Positions 17,747-27,872 of a stretch of DNA of 64,000 nucleotides are shown here, in pieces. Position numbers and translations under genes: made by a program. The stretch is from an uncultured Verrucomicrobiae bacterium (GTDB lineage: Bacteria > Verrucomicrobiota > Verrucomicrobiia > Chthoniobacterales > UBA10450). Every line of letters starts with the position of its first letter. Positions within the stretch are counted from its first letter, which is position 1. The notes under the pieces are model-generated. The model was not told the DNA's origin. It did no database searches and saw only the letters and a list, made by a program, of their open reading frames with translations. The stretch spans positions 672,001 to 736,000 of the forward strand of contig CAVTMK010000002.1 of the NCBI GenBank assembly GCA_963735805.1, read 5' to 3'.

Positions 17747-20007
17747 CTTTGCGCTTCCCATCCATCGTGGCCGAAGCGGAGCGTTACTGCGCCGGTTTCA
17801 TCCTGGCGAAAGAGTTTGATGCCGCGTTTTCGCAGATTTTCAGCCCAACTATCGCTGACTCGTTCGTACCCTGGGAAGTCGCGGGAAGTGGCGATAATCA
17901 GCCGCGGCCGGGTAGCGTCAAGGAAAACCTCAGAGCCGGACTCTCCAGAATGATGCTGACCTTTAATGATGATGTCGCTCTGAAGATTCAAACGACTGGC
18001 CAACAATATTTGTTCTGTTTTGATGCCGCTATCCGACATGAAGAGGATCGAGGCCCCTCGCGCTACCAACAAACGAATGACATACGCCTGATCGTCAGCG
18101 ATCGCGGAGCTAAAGTGCCGTGGAGGGAACAAGACGTGCGCAGTGACCTCGGGCGATAGATGAAAACTGTCTCCAGCAGTCAGATTGGCCAGTTTGATTC
18201 CGCGTTCCCGAAACAAACGTTGTAACTTCCTGTGAACAGTTGAGTGATCTGGCGCGGGATTATCGACGACACGGATTTGAGGAAAATCGCCCAGCAATTG
18301 TGCCGCGCCACCGAGGTGAAGCGCGTCGCCGTGAGTGAGCAGCAAGCCGGAAAGCCGATTCACACCTGCCCAGTGCAAATACTCGCGCACCACGCGCTGA
18401 TAAGTCAGGTCGTTACCGCAATCGAGCAACCAGTTCCCGCTGCCTCTTCGCAAGTGAACAGCCGCTCCAGCGCCGAGATCCAGGACCGTAATCTTAGCAA
18501 TGACCTTTTCGGGCCAATGCGGGTGTTCGACGTAAAAATGCCCACCGGGAACCTGCGCGAGGAGTTGCACGATCGCCAAAACAAGCTTTGCCAAAAGCCA
18601 GTTGGCGTTATTGAAGATTACCGCGAGCCCTGTCAGAAGCGGTGTCGACAGAAGCGAAAGAAGCGCGATGGCGAGAATGAAGAAAGCGATCGGCACGACG
18701 ATCAGGTTCGCCAGTAAGGAAATTGGCGTGACGATGTAGAAATACCACAGCACTAGCGGCAACGAACCGACCCACGCCGCGAGGGAAACACCGGCCCCAT
18801 CACATAGCCATTTGAAGCTGGCATGCATCCAACGCCGCGGACCTTGCAACAAGCTTTGTGGCAGGAACGGATCGGGAGCAGTCCAGCGCTGCAAACGTCC
18901 AGCAAATCGGTCGGTAAGCAATATGATGGCGCCCACGACCGCGAATGAGAGCTGAAAGCCGGCCGAAAAAAATTCATTCGTGTTCCAGGAAAGGAGAAAA
19001 AACGCAGCGGCAGCGAGGCTGTTGAGGACAAAAACCTTGCGTTCGAAAAACAAGCCACCCAACAAAATCGAACTCATGACCGCCGCGCGCACACTCGAAA
19101 CGTGCAGACCTGTCACTGCGGCGTAGAAGAGAAGGAGAGGTATGATGAGCGCGGCAGCCCATTTCGGTGAGAGCCGTGCGACCATCGCCAGCATCCACAA
19201 AAGGGCTGCAACAATTCCGACGTGCAAACCCGCAACAGCGAAAAGGTGAAGGGTGCCGGTTTGTTGAAATGGTTCCTCGATGTCTTCCGGTGTTTGGTGC
19301 CTGAGGCCCAGCACGATTCCATTCAGAAAATTTTGGACCTCAGGAGCATTCTCCAACCCTTTGTCGAGCGCGTTTTGCATCCACGCGCGCGACTTCTGAG
19401 CGAGACGCAAAATCGGGTTGCCGCCCCCGTGCCGAATGAGAGTCCCGTCTTCCGGATAACGAACAAAGAGCATTCGACGGACATCGCGACGTGCCAGATA
19501 AGAGCGCATGTCGAACTCGCCGGGATTTCGCGGTGGCGCGACGACTTCCGCGATTCCGAAAAACCTCACTTCATCACCAAATTCGGGGCTACCTTTCCAA
19601 CGAACCTGCCAGACGGCGCGCGTTGGTTCTTTCCTGCCTTCAAATTGAATTGACTTGAGCTTTAGCAGGAACGTTGCAAACCCGCTTGGCGCAATCCTTG
19701 GCCCAGTGATGACGCACCCGATGGCAGTGACAACTCGCGGCCGGTTGCCAAGTTCGTCAGCCAGTCGCCGGCCTTCCGTATTGCTTGTCTCAAGGTTGTG
19801 CAGCAGGAAAAAGCCAAACGCGACGACGAAGTAAGTCGCGAGCAGAGCAGGTCTGAACGCGACGATGACAATGCAGGACGCCAGAATGATCGTCACCATG
19901 ATCAAGACGGCATCGGGAAGGGGGAAGACGTCTGCGATGACAATTCCGATTGCGGCCACCAAAGCCAAACCAACAAACGGCTGACGCGGCCCGTTCAGGA
20001 ATTTCAT
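17707..20007 (-). CDS. comEC: ComEC/Rec2 DNA uptake channel with C-terminal MBL-like domain
   Basis: RNPGEFD, HLFAVAGLHV and FQLSF motifs; THGDALHLGG. Confidence 0.92.
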   Translation of the reverse strand: MKFLNGPRQPFVGLALVAAIGIVIADVFPLPDAVLIMVTIILASCIVIVAFRPALLATYFVVAFGFFLLHNLETSNTEGRRLADELGNRPRVVTAIGCVITGPRIAPSGFATFLLKLKSIQFEGRKEPTRAVWQVRWKGSPEFGDEVRFFGIAEVVAPPRNPGEFDMRSYLARRDVRRMLFVRYPEDGTLIRHGGGNPILRLAQKSRAWMQNALDKGLENAPEVQNFLNGIVLGLRHQTPEDIEEPFQQTGTLHLFAVAGLHVGIVAALLWMLAMVARLSPKWAAALIIPLLLFYAAVTGLHVSSVRAAVMSSILLGGLFFERKVFVLNSLAAAAFFLLSWNTNEFFSAGFQLSFAVVGAIILLTDRFAGRLQRWTAPDPFLPQSLLQGPRRWMHASFKWLCDGAGVSLAAWVGSLPLVLWYFYIVTPISLLANLIVVPIAFFILAIALLSLLSTPLLTGLAVIFNNANWLLAKLVLAIVQLLAQVPGGHFYVEHPHWPEKVIAKITVLDLGAGAAVHLRRGSGNWLLDCGNDLTYQRVVREYLHWAGVNRLSGLLLTHGDALHLGGAAQLLGDFPQIRVVDNPAPDHSTVHRKLQRLFRERGIKLANLTAGDSFHLSPEVTAHVLFPPRHFSSAIADDQAYVIRLLVARGASILFMSDSGIKTEQILLASRLNLQSDIIIKGQHHSGESGSEVFLDATRPRLIIATSRDFPGYERVSDSWAENLRKRGIKLFRQDETGAVTLRFGHDGWEAQSYFTGETFRSANQ

Positions 20008-20081
20008 TATTCTGCTTTTCCTTTATTTCGTCGCCGCAACGCAAGCTCTTATAGAGCGGGATTGCTCGAGGTAAGGGCTGC

Positions 20082-20162
20082 TGTAGCCGCGGAGGTTGAC
20101 CGTGGCGATCCTTATCCGTGCGGGAAAACCCGAGAAAACCGAGGTCACCAACCTCGGCTGCA
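20082..20162. repeat. Intergenic GTAG-family REP pair (same family as the polymerase and alaS inserts)
   Basis: TGTAGCCGCGGAGGTTGACCGTGG...CCGAGGTCACCAACCTCGGCTGCA. Confidence 0.8.
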
Positions 20163-20182
20163 GTATCTATCAATTCTCTTGG

Positions 20183-20677
20183 CTAAGAGCGGGCTACCGG
20201 GACGAGGAGGACAGGACGTGTGCTGTGCTTCAATACGCCTTTAGCGGCGCTTCCTATCAGCAAGTTATACATCGCGCTGTGACCATGTGTGCCCATCACA
20301 ATCAGATCGGCGTTTACCTCATCCGCTTGATTCAAAATTTCTTCAGCTACTACGCCAGTCGGCTCGTGGAAGCTGACCTTGATACCGTCCTGGGCTATCT
20401 CTTCCTGCCATTTGGCCAGCTTGGACTTCTGACCTTCATCCTCTGCGATTGTCTCCGGCGTCGGTTGAAATCCTGGAACTGGCACGCCGGCCATGGGTGC
20501 AAGCTCAGACATCCCCGCGAGACCGTAACCAAGGGTGCCCGACGCTCCTGCTGCAGTGAGGTCTTTCACATGGACAAGATGAATCTCCGCATGAAAAACC
20601 CTGGCAAACTGGCGCGCTAAATTGATCACCGGCGTTGTGACGTCGGAAAAATCGATCGGAACGAGAATTCGTTTCAT
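20183..20677 (-). CDS. Universal stress protein
   Basis: KRILVPIDFS; ADLIVMGTHG...LIGS; PVLLVP. Confidence 0.93.
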   Translation of the reverse strand: MKRILVPIDFSDVTTPVINLARQFARVFHAEIHLVHVKDLTAAGASGTLGYGLAGMSELAPMAGVPVPGFQPTPETIAEDEGQKSKLAKWQEEIAQDGIKVSFHEPTGVVAEEILNQADEVNADLIVMGTHGHSAMYNLLIGSAAKGVLKHSTRPVLLVPVARS

Positions 20678-20808
20678 TCCTCTTCGAGCTTAGCTGGCGT
20701 GTTGCCCTATCTCAAGATCGGAACGCTACACGATGCAGACAATCCGGTCAGGTTGTCACGAGTTGCAGAGAGGATTGCCTGCCTCACGCGCGCGCCGTAA
20801 TTTCCGCT

Positions 20809-21981
20809 GTGCAGGACCTCTTCGAGGATGGAGAAGATATCGAAGTCGAGCGCATGGACAGTGCGCCGCTTGCGACCCGTATGCGTCCGCGATCGCTCGA
20901 TGAGCTTGTCGGTCAGGAGCACATTTTAGCGCCTGGTAAACTGTTGCGCCGTGCCATCGAAGCCGATCGTTTGCCGTCCGTGATTTTCTCCGGGCCGCCC
21001 GGTAGCGGTAAGACCACACTAGCCCGAATCATTGCGGAGATGACGCACGCAAAATTCATTCGGATCAGCGGGGTGGAAAGTAATGTCGCCGAGATGCGCC
21101 GTGTCATCGCAGCGGCCACGAATCGCCTCCGCACATCTGGGCGAAAAACGATTTTATTCATTGACGAGATCCATCATTTCAACAAAGCCCAACAAGATAT
21201 TCTTTTGCCCGACGTCGAAGCAGGAACTCTTCGCCTGATTGGCGCGACCACCTACAATCCATTCTTTTATGTAAACAACGCGCTCGTGTCGCGTTCGCAG
21301 GTTTTTCGACTTGAATCGCTCACCGTGGACCAACTGGAAGTGTTGATCAATCGCGCACTGGCCGACAAAGAGCGCGGACTTGGAAATTACAAAGTGAAGA
21401 TGGATAAGAACGCGCAACGGCATCTGGCAAAGTTGAGCGATGGTGACGCGCGCAAATGTTTAAACGCGCTGGAGATCGGGGTTCTTACTACCCCGACGAA
21501 GGGAAATGACGGCGCAATTCATTTCACCCTTCAGGTGGCCGAAGAAAGCATTCAACAAAAAGCCGTCGTGTACGATCGTGCTGGTGATGCGCACTATGAC
21601 ACGATTAGCGCGTTCATTAAGAGCATGCGGGCATCAGATAAAAAAGGCGCGATGTACTGGCTCGCGAAAATGTTGCATGCTGGCGAAGATTTCCGTTTCA
21701 TCGCGCGGCGAATCGTGATTTTTGCGAGCGAAGACATCGGCCTCGCCGATCCGGAAGCGCTGCCACTGGCAATTGCGGCGCAACAAGCGGTGGAATTTGT
21801 CGGTATGCCCGAAGCGCGAATCCCACTGGCTCATGCCACCGCTTACATGTGTCGGGCCGCGAAAAGTCGGGAAGCGTATAATGAGCTGAATGCCGCGACC
21901 GAGAAGGTCGAAATGGAACAAACCAAGCAGGTCCCCGAAAATCTTAAGAATAAACATTTCCCGGTGAATCCCGAAGAGTAA
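20809..21981 (+). CDS. rarA: Replication-associated recombination protein A (short C-terminus)
   Basis: PLATRMRP, GPPGSGKTT, FIDEIH, HYDTISAFIKS and ASEDIGLADP motifs. Confidence 0.93.
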   Translation: MQDLFEDGEDIEVERMDSAPLATRMRPRSLDELVGQEHILAPGKLLRRAIEADRLPSVIFSGPPGSGKTTLARIIAEMTHAKFIRISGVESNVAEMRRVIAAATNRLRTSGRKTILFIDEIHHFNKAQQDILLPDVEAGTLRLIGATTYNPFFYVNNALVSRSQVFRLESLTVDQLEVLINRALADKERGLGNYKVKMDKNAQRHLAKLSDGDARKCLNALEIGVLTTPTKGNDGAIHFTLQVAEESIQQKAVVYDRAGDAHYDTISAFIKSMRASDKKGAMYWLAKMLHAGEDFRFIARRIVIFASEDIGLADPEALPLAIAAQQAVEFVGMPEARIPLAHATAYMCRAAKSREAYNELNAATEKVEMEQTKQVPENLKNKHFPVNPEE

Positions 21982-22086
21982 GCGGCTCCAGGCATCTGTT
22001 CATTCGAGTACTTCGCGCTTCACCTGCGCAACAAGCGAACAGGAAGCTTCGTTTTTCTTGCTGACTTCTGTAGAAGTTCTTTTGAT

Positions 22087-22953
22087 ATGCACCAATCAGG
22101 GAAGGAGATTGAATCCGGCAGACCGGTGACGCGTTTTCTGCGACTGATTCGTTTTTCACATACAATTTTCGCGCTTCCATTTGCTCTGGGCGCGCTTGTC
22201 GTAGCGGCGAACGGTTGGCCGTCGGTGAGAATTTTGGTTCTGGTTATGGTCTGCATGGTGTTTGCACGCACTGCAGCGATGCTTTTCAATCGACTGGTTG
22301 ACTGGTCTCTCGATCAGCGCAATCCGCGCACGGCTTCGCGGCATCTCCTTGTCTCCAAGTCAGGAGCGATGGCTTTGCTTGCAGTTAGTTCTGGCGGTTT
22401 TCTCCTGACAGCGGCCGCAATCAATCGATTGACTTTGGTTCTTGCACCAATTGCTCTGACGCTGATTTTCTTCTATTCGCTGACAAAACGGTTCACGAGT
22501 GCAACGCACTTTTTCCTCGGCCTCGCGCTGGCTGTCGCACCGATCGGCGCATGGATCGCGCAGACCGGACGAATCGATCTCGCCCCGATCGTGCTTGGGT
22601 CAGGCGTAATTTGCTGGGTCGCCGGATTCGATCTCATTTACGCTACGCAAGATTACGATTTCGATCGCCGCGAAGGTATTCGGTCACTTGTTGTGAAGCT
22701 CGGGATCGCCAGGAGTCTTCGTCTGGCGCAGCTATTACATCTCCTCACGTTTGTAGCGCTTATTTTCTTTGGTGTAGTAGCGCAGCTCGGCGGGCTTTAT
22801 TACTGGTCGATGCCACTCATTGCAGCCGCGCTTTTTTACGAACACAAAACCGAGAAGCTCGATCTATCTGGCATCAATCGGGCTTTTTTTCAAAGCAACG
22901 CCTTCGTTAGTGCAGTGTTTCTTGTCGCAGTCTGCGTGGACCGATTGCGCTAG
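22087..22953 (+). CDS. UbiA-family prenyltransferase (MqnP-like)
   Basis: HTIFALPF, NRLVDWSLDQRNPRT and GFDLIYATQD motifs; multiple TM helices. Confidence 0.88.
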   Translation: MHQSGKEIESGRPVTRFLRLIRFSHTIFALPFALGALVVAANGWPSVRILVLVMVCMVFARTAAMLFNRLVDWSLDQRNPRTASRHLLVSKSGAMALLAVSSGGFLLTAAAINRLTLVLAPIALTLIFFYSLTKRFTSATHFFLGLALAVAPIGAWIAQTGRIDLAPIVLGSGVICWVAGFDLIYATQDYDFDRREGIRSLVVKLGIARSLRLAQLLHLLTFVALIFFGVVAQLGGLYYWSMPLIAAALFYEHKTEKLDLSGINRAFFQSNAFVSAVFLVAVCVDRLR

Positions 22954-22965
22954 CCTTGATCTCCC

Positions 22966-22997
22966 GAGGCGGTTCCAGTGAACCGTCCCTCCCTACA
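22966..22997 (-). repeat. GTAG/GGAG-type REP hairpin abutting the rpiB stop
   Basis: Minus strand TGTAGGGAGGGACGGTTCACTGGAACCGCCTC; the TAG is the rpiB stop. Confidence 0.55.
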
Positions 22998-23424
22998 TTG
23001 CGTTTAACATCGCCACGCGCCTCTCATGGCGTCCCCCGTCAAACCCTGTTTCCAGCCAGATCTGCACAATTTCCAGCGCGAGATCTTGCGGGATCAGACG
23101 TTCGCCCATGGAAAGGACGTTGGCGTCATTGTGTTGTCGTGAAAGCCGCGCTGACTCCTCGCTCCAACAAAGCGCACAGCGCACGCCGTGGACCTTGTTT
23201 GCTACCATTGCTTCGCCGTTGCCCGAACCGCCGAACACGATGCCGCGCTCGCATTCGCCGCGAGCAACTGCTTCTGCAGCAGGTCGAATGAAAAGCGGAT
23301 AATCCACTGGATCCTCGCTAAACGTACCGCAGTCTTTTACTTCGTGACCGAGCGAGTTGAGCAGTTCTTTTACCTTTTCCTTGTAGCGAAAACCTGCGTG
23401 ATCTGAACCGAGAGAAATCTTCAT
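22993..23424 (-). CDS. rpiB: Ribose-5-phosphate isomerase B
   Basis: GSDHAG, DYP, GGSGNGE, HNDANVL and GRHERR motifs. Confidence 0.95.
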   Translation of the reverse strand: MKISLGSDHAGFRYKEKVKELLNSLGHEVKDCGTFSEDPVDYPLFIRPAAEAVARGECERGIVFGGSGNGEAMVANKVHGVRCALCWSEESARLSRQHNDANVLSMGERLIPQDLALEIVQIWLETGFDGGRHERRVAMLNAM

Positions 23425-23430
23425 GGATGT

Positions 23431-23536
23431 TTCATTGCAAGCTGGGTCGAGAAATCTCTAATTGTTTCCATCGATTGCGTCGAGCAGAAAGACAATAGTA
23501 GTCTAGCGGTGGCGACAAACTTCGCTCGACATCACA
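23431..23536. repeat. Degenerate TGTC-tagged REP pair
   Basis: GTCGAGAAATCTCT...ACTTCGCTCGACATCACA; compare 46951-47025. Confidence 0.6.
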
Positions 23537-23539
23537 ATG

Positions 23540-24499
23540 CTACCCACCGTGCAGTTTTGCCAGTTCGTTCCAGAGTTCGCGTTCGCGTTCGCTCAGTTTC
23601 TTCGGCACGTTGATCTGAACTTCTACGTAAAGATCGCCGCGCTTTCCCGAGACCCCTGCTAATCCGCGTTCTCGCAGCCGAAATCGCTGACCGCCCTGAG
23701 TACCTGGCGGAATTTTCAGCCGGACCTTTCCTTCGAGAGTTGGCACGAGCAATTCGCTTCCGAGCACTACGCGCCACGGTTCAATTTTCACCTCATGGAC
23801 CAAATCGCTGCCCTCGACCGAAAAATCGGGGTGGCGCGCAAGCCGTACGCGCAGGAAAAGATCACCGCTTTTCCCTCCGCGCGCGCCGGCTTCTCCCTGG
23901 CCCGCCAGACGGATTCGCTGGCCCTCACGAACGCCCCGTGGGATTTTGACCTGATAATTTTCAACTTTATTTGAGCCTGCCCGGCGCAGGGAGACCGTTC
24001 GCGTAGATCCGTTCAGCGCTTCTTCAAGCGTGACCATGATATCGGCCTCGACATCGGCTCCGCGTTCAGCCGTCGCCTGGCGTCCGCCAAATCCGCCGAA
24101 AGCCGACCGACCGCGGCCACCACCAAAAAACGCTTCGAAAAAGTCGCTGAATCCAGTGCCGCCGAATTCAAATTGAACTCCGCCGCCATCGCCGCCCCAT
24201 TGATAATATCCGCCCGGCTGTTGTTGTGGCCCCCGTTCGTAGCCTGGTGGCGGCTGGAATCCGCCGGGCTGGTTCCAATCTGCGCCGAGTTGATCGTATT
24301 TTCTTCGTTTCTCAGGGTCGCCTAATACTTCGTACGCTTCATTGATCTCCTTGAATTTTTCTTCTGCGACCTTTTTGTCTTTGGCGACATCGGGATGGTA
24401 TTTGCGCGCCAGCTTGCGAAAAGCGCTGCGAATCTCGTCTTCGGTCGCCGTCTTCGGCACGCCGAGCGTCTCGTAGTAATCTCGGAATTGTACGGGCAT
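23540..24499 (-). CDS. DnaJ class B chaperone (CbpA-like)
   Basis: J-domain HPD; G/F-rich region; no zinc finger; C-terminal substrate domain. Confidence 0.92.
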   Translation of the reverse strand: MPVQFRDYYETLGVPKTATEDEIRSAFRKLARKYHPDVAKDKKVAEEKFKEINEAYEVLGDPEKRRKYDQLGADWNQPGGFQPPPGYERGPQQQPGGYYQWGGDGGGVQFEFGGTGFSDFFEAFFGGGRGRSAFGGFGGRQATAERGADVEADIMVTLEEALNGSTRTVSLRRAGSNKVENYQVKIPRGVREGQRIRLAGQGEAGARGGKSGDLFLRVRLARHPDFSVEGSDLVHEVKIEPWRVVLGSELLVPTLEGKVRLKIPPGTQGGQRFRLRERGLAGVSGKRGDLYVEVQINVPKKLSERERELWNELAKLHGG

Positions 24500-24546
24500 T
24501 AACCCCAAAGCTTGTGCCTCCGGTTGATTCGCGCAACTTTTGGATA

Positions 24547-24759
24547 ATGCGCGAGCTGGGCAAATTCGTTGCCATCATTGGCGGGGTCATTACGCTGGTC
24601 GGATTAGTGATGTGGAGCGGGTTTGGGCCGAGATGGCTGGGACGATTCCCCGGCGACATCCGAATTGAGCGCGAGCATTCTGCGTTTTATTTTCCGATCG
24701 TCACCTGCGTAATCCTAAGCATTCTGCTCAGCTTGCTATTGTCGATCTTCCGCCGCTAG
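24547..24759 (+). CDS. Small membrane protein (DUF2905-like)
   Basis: LGRFPGDIRI...FYFPIVTC motif; two TM segments. Confidence 0.8.
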   Translation: MRELGKFVAIIGGVITLVGLVMWSGFGPRWLGRFPGDIRIEREHSAFYFPIVTCVILSILLSLLLSIFRR

Positions 24760-24808
24760 GTGGATCGGCTTCTCCAGAAGACGATGGCGAAAGATTCGCC
24801 GAAGGCGC
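24758..24808. repeat. Truncated GTGG-tagged element overlapping a stop codon
   Basis: AGGTGGATCGGCTTCTCCAGAAGACGATGG...TTCGCCGAAGGCGC. Confidence 0.8.
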
Positions 24809-24822
24809 AATGTTCCAGCATC

Positions 24823-25470
24823 GTGGTCAGAGTAAACCGACAGAAATTGCTAGAGCGGCATATTGTCCAACTGCTGCGCTGCCGCCGGTGCCCGCGGATG
24901 AAATCAACGCCAGTCTCCGGTGGCGCAATTGTGAGTGATATAATGATCATTGGTCAGGCACCGGGTCCGCGGGAACCGGTTTTGCAAAGGCCGTTTGCTC
25001 ATACTGCTGGCAAGACGCTTTTCCGCTGGTTCGAGGAATTCTGTGGTATGAATGAAGCCGCGGTTCGATCGAAAATTTATTTCGCAGCCGTCTGTCGCTG
25101 TTTTCCTGGAAAGAACTCGGGCGGCTCAGACCGTGTTCCGGCTCCGGATGAAATCCGCAACTGCTCTTCCTGGATGAATGATGAAATCGAAATTCTGCGG
25201 CCGCGCCTCGTTATTCCTGTAGGCCGGCTGGCCATCGTGCAATTCATTGACTGCGCGAAGTTGGAAAAAGTGATCGGTCGCAGATTTCGTGTCGAGCGAG
25301 CACAACGCTTTTTCGATTTGATTCCGCTTCCCCATCCATCCGGCGCGTCGCCCTGGCATAAGATTGCCCCAGGAAAAGATTTACTCGGACGCGCGCTGAA
25401 ACTGATTGCGCGCCATTCAGCTGTAGCCGCGTTAGGTGGGCGAAGCCATGCGAAGAGCCGAAAGGGATGA
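24823..25470 (+). CDS. Uracil-DNA glycosylase family 4/5-like protein (start uncertain)
   Basis: CRRC, IGQAPG, CRCFPG and LPHPSG motifs. Confidence 0.85.
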   Translation: MVRVNRQKLLERHIVQLLRCRRCPRMKSTPVSGGAIVSDIMIIGQAPGPREPVLQRPFAHTAGKTLFRWFEEFCGMNEAAVRSKIYFAAVCRCFPGKNSGGSDRVPAPDEIRNCSSWMNDEIEILRPRLVIPVGRLAIVQFIDCAKLEKVIGRRFRVERAQRFFDLIPLPHPSGASPWHKIAPGKDLLGRALKLIARHSAVAALGGRSHAKSRKG

Positions 25471-25495
25471 GAACGAACGACCACGGCACGAATGT

Positions 25496-25569
25496 TGTAG
25501 TCGCCTCGCCGTGTCGAGGCGGTCCTGGATATTGGCAATTGCGCACGGCGACACAGACCCGTGGCTACA
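25496..25569. repeat. GTAG-family REP pair
   Basis: TGTAGTCGCCTCGCCGTGTCGAGGCG...GCACGGCGACACAGACCCGTGGCTACA; reverse complement matches 41140-41210. Confidence 0.9.
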
Positions 25570-25630
25570 GTGCATTTTTCAAGATGATTGCGCTGGTTGG
25601 TTAGGACTGTTTTAGTGCCGACGTGAAATT

Positions 25631-27052
25631 ATGGCTGCAGATCGAAAACCTAATTTAATTCTTTTTCTTCCGGACCAACAGAGAGCCGATACGATCGCAT
25701 GCTATGGAGGGGTAAAGGTTCACGCACCGAATCTAAACAAGCTTGCCTCTGAATCGGTGGTCTTTGAGCGGGCATATGTCACTCATCCGGTTTGCACACC
25801 CTCACGTTCTTCACTGATGAGTGGCACCTGGCCGCATACCAACGGATGCACCCGAAACAGCGTGCCCCTCGATCGGCGGTTTCGCGTTTTCCCTGAGCTG
25901 ATGGAAGACAGGGATTATCGCGCCGCCTATGTCGGGAAATGGCACCTTGGCGAGGAAGGACCGGTCGGGCGAGGATTTGATGAATGGATCTCGACTGATG
26001 ACAACGGCGATTACACGCATTTCCTCATTTCGAACGGGATCACGCCTGACAAACAGAACGGCCGATTTTCAGAGGTAGCGATCAGTAATCTGCCGATCGA
26101 ACTGTCCCGGCCAAAGTTTCTCGAGAGACATGCATGCGAATTTATCGAAAAACATCGCGGCGATCCTTTCATTCTCGTTGTTGGTTTTGTAGAACCGCAT
26201 TCGCCTTACAATGGCCCGCTCAATGATGAAAATCCGCTCGATGGGATAGCGCTTGATGAGACGGCCACTCTTCCTGAGAGCGAAGATATTCCGTTGCGTT
26301 ATCGTTTGATGCGGGAATGGCAGCAAGCGGAAGCTCAGCTAGATCGGGAGCGATTGCCTACTCAATTGTTCTTTGGTGTCACCCCTGAGGAATACCGGAG
26401 TATCAAGCAGCGCTATCTCGGCCTGGTTACGCTGGTGGATCAAAGCATTGGCGCAATCCTCGCGTGCCTCGAACGATGCAACTTGACCGACAACACGATT
26501 GTCGTGCACACGAGCGATCATGGCGACGGCCTGGGCGCGCACCATCTCTTTGGGAAAGAAACAATGTTTGAAGAAGCCGCACGTGTTCCCTTGTTAATTC
26601 GGCTCCCTGGTCAAACGCGCGTCAGAACCGTTCAGCAACCTGTCAGCCACATCGATTTTGTGCCGACGTTGCTTGATCTTCTCGGCCAGCCAAATCATCC
26701 CCAGTGCGCGGGCAAAAGTCTGCTCCCGTTACTTGGCGACGAAGCAGTGCTTCCAAAGAACGTATTTCTGGAGTGGGCGCCAAATCGGACGAAAATAAAG
26801 AAAGGCACCAAACTGGCGCGGCGATGGGCGATCAAGCGCGCCGTTGAAGAATCCACCCGAACGATCGTTTCGCCCGACGGCTGGAAGCTTTGCCTGCGCG
26901 ACAAAGATTCGAATGAATTGTATAATCTGACGGACGATCCGCACGAAATGCGCAATCTCTATGCGCAGCGGCAATATGCTTCGGTGATTTCGAGTCTTTC
27001 AGGTCAGGTTCACCGCTGGCAAGAGGTTTCCAACGACCGGCTCAAAATCTAA
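25631..27052 (+). CDS. Formylglycine-dependent sulfatase (Cys-type)
   Basis: CTPSR, GKWHLG and TSDHG motifs. Confidence 0.93.
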   Translation: MAADRKPNLILFLPDQQRADTIACYGGVKVHAPNLNKLASESVVFERAYVTHPVCTPSRSSLMSGTWPHTNGCTRNSVPLDRRFRVFPELMEDRDYRAAYVGKWHLGEEGPVGRGFDEWISTDDNGDYTHFLISNGITPDKQNGRFSEVAISNLPIELSRPKFLERHACEFIEKHRGDPFILVVGFVEPHSPYNGPLNDENPLDGIALDETATLPESEDIPLRYRLMREWQQAEAQLDRERLPTQLFFGVTPEEYRSIKQRYLGLVTLVDQSIGAILACLERCNLTDNTIVVHTSDHGDGLGAHHLFGKETMFEEAARVPLLIRLPGQTRVRTVQQPVSHIDFVPTLLDLLGQPNHPQCAGKSLLPLLGDEAVLPKNVFLEWAPNRTKIKKGTKLARRWAIKRAVEESTRTIVSPDGWKLCLRDKDSNELYNLTDDPHEMRNLYAQRQYASVISSLSGQVHRWQEVSNDRLKI

Positions 27053-27076
27053 GCGGTCGCGCGCCACTGCCGTGGC

Positions 27077-27766
27077 TCAAAAGCGATACCCGTGCAATTC
27101 AATCTCCTTGGCGAACGCCCTTTCAACGATTCGCCGTTGTTCGTCGTTGAATACTTGCTGATATGGTCTGCGATCGGTTCGGTATTCCGATTTGGCAGCG
27201 ACACCAAGGCTACCGTCGAAAGGGATATTTAATTGTGAGAAGATTTCGCCGAGTTCAGAAAGCAGGTTTTCGTAACGAACAATCCGATCTACGATGATTT
27301 TTTCCCCCGTGCGATTGGTATATCGAAAGTAGTTCACAGGGAATCTACCTCGCGCTAGATAATCATTCAAAGAAAGCGAGCCGCCTTCGCGGGTGGCATG
27401 CATGTGGTAATGCGACAAAACCTTGTCCCAGGGATTTCGGTCGACGCAGAACTTGAAATAACTGTTCCAAATATCGCCAGGAACGCGCTTCCGTAGCTCA
27501 AATGCCGGCATGTGACGGTAAAACTTCTCGCGGCTGGTGATTGAATGTCGCAATGCTGAGAAGATCTTGCCTGGTCTCTCGAAGATTTCAGGAATCGGGT
27601 TGATAAAGCCCTCATAATTACGCGGCTGATGTCCCTCGATAGGCGGCTCAATGGGTGTCAGGACATCGGTCGGTCCGCAGTGTTTTGAAAGGAAGACCTC
27701 AATGCTGGTGCCTGCGGTCTTTGCAGTCTTGATAAAGATGAATTTGTATTTGTGGGACAGGATCAT
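27077..27766 (-). CDS. Sulfotransferase family 2 protein
   Basis: 5'-PSB KTAKTAGTS; 3'-PB RNPWDKVLS; RYENL. Confidence 0.85.
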   Translation of the reverse strand: MILSHKYKFIFIKTAKTAGTSIEVFLSKHCGPTDVLTPIEPPIEGHQPRNYEGFINPIPEIFERPGKIFSALRHSITSREKFYRHMPAFELRKRVPGDIWNSYFKFCVDRNPWDKVLSHYHMHATREGGSLSLNDYLARGRFPVNYFRYTNRTGEKIIVDRIVRYENLLSELGEIFSQLNIPFDGSLGVAAKSEYRTDRRPYQQVFNDEQRRIVERAFAKEIELHGYRF

Positions 27767-27872
27767 GGAGGGTTAGCGCTTCCCGCCAGCAATAGGTCGC
27801 ACGACTGATAAGTAACCGCCAGTATTCGCCTAGTTCGACGACGCGCTGTAAAATGGTCACACAATTGGGCAA

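Noticed and set aside
25422..25440. TGTAGCCGCGTTAGGTG inside the UDG C-terminus as a REP
   Set aside because: No hairpin follows the tag, and the peptide AVAAL is unremarkable.
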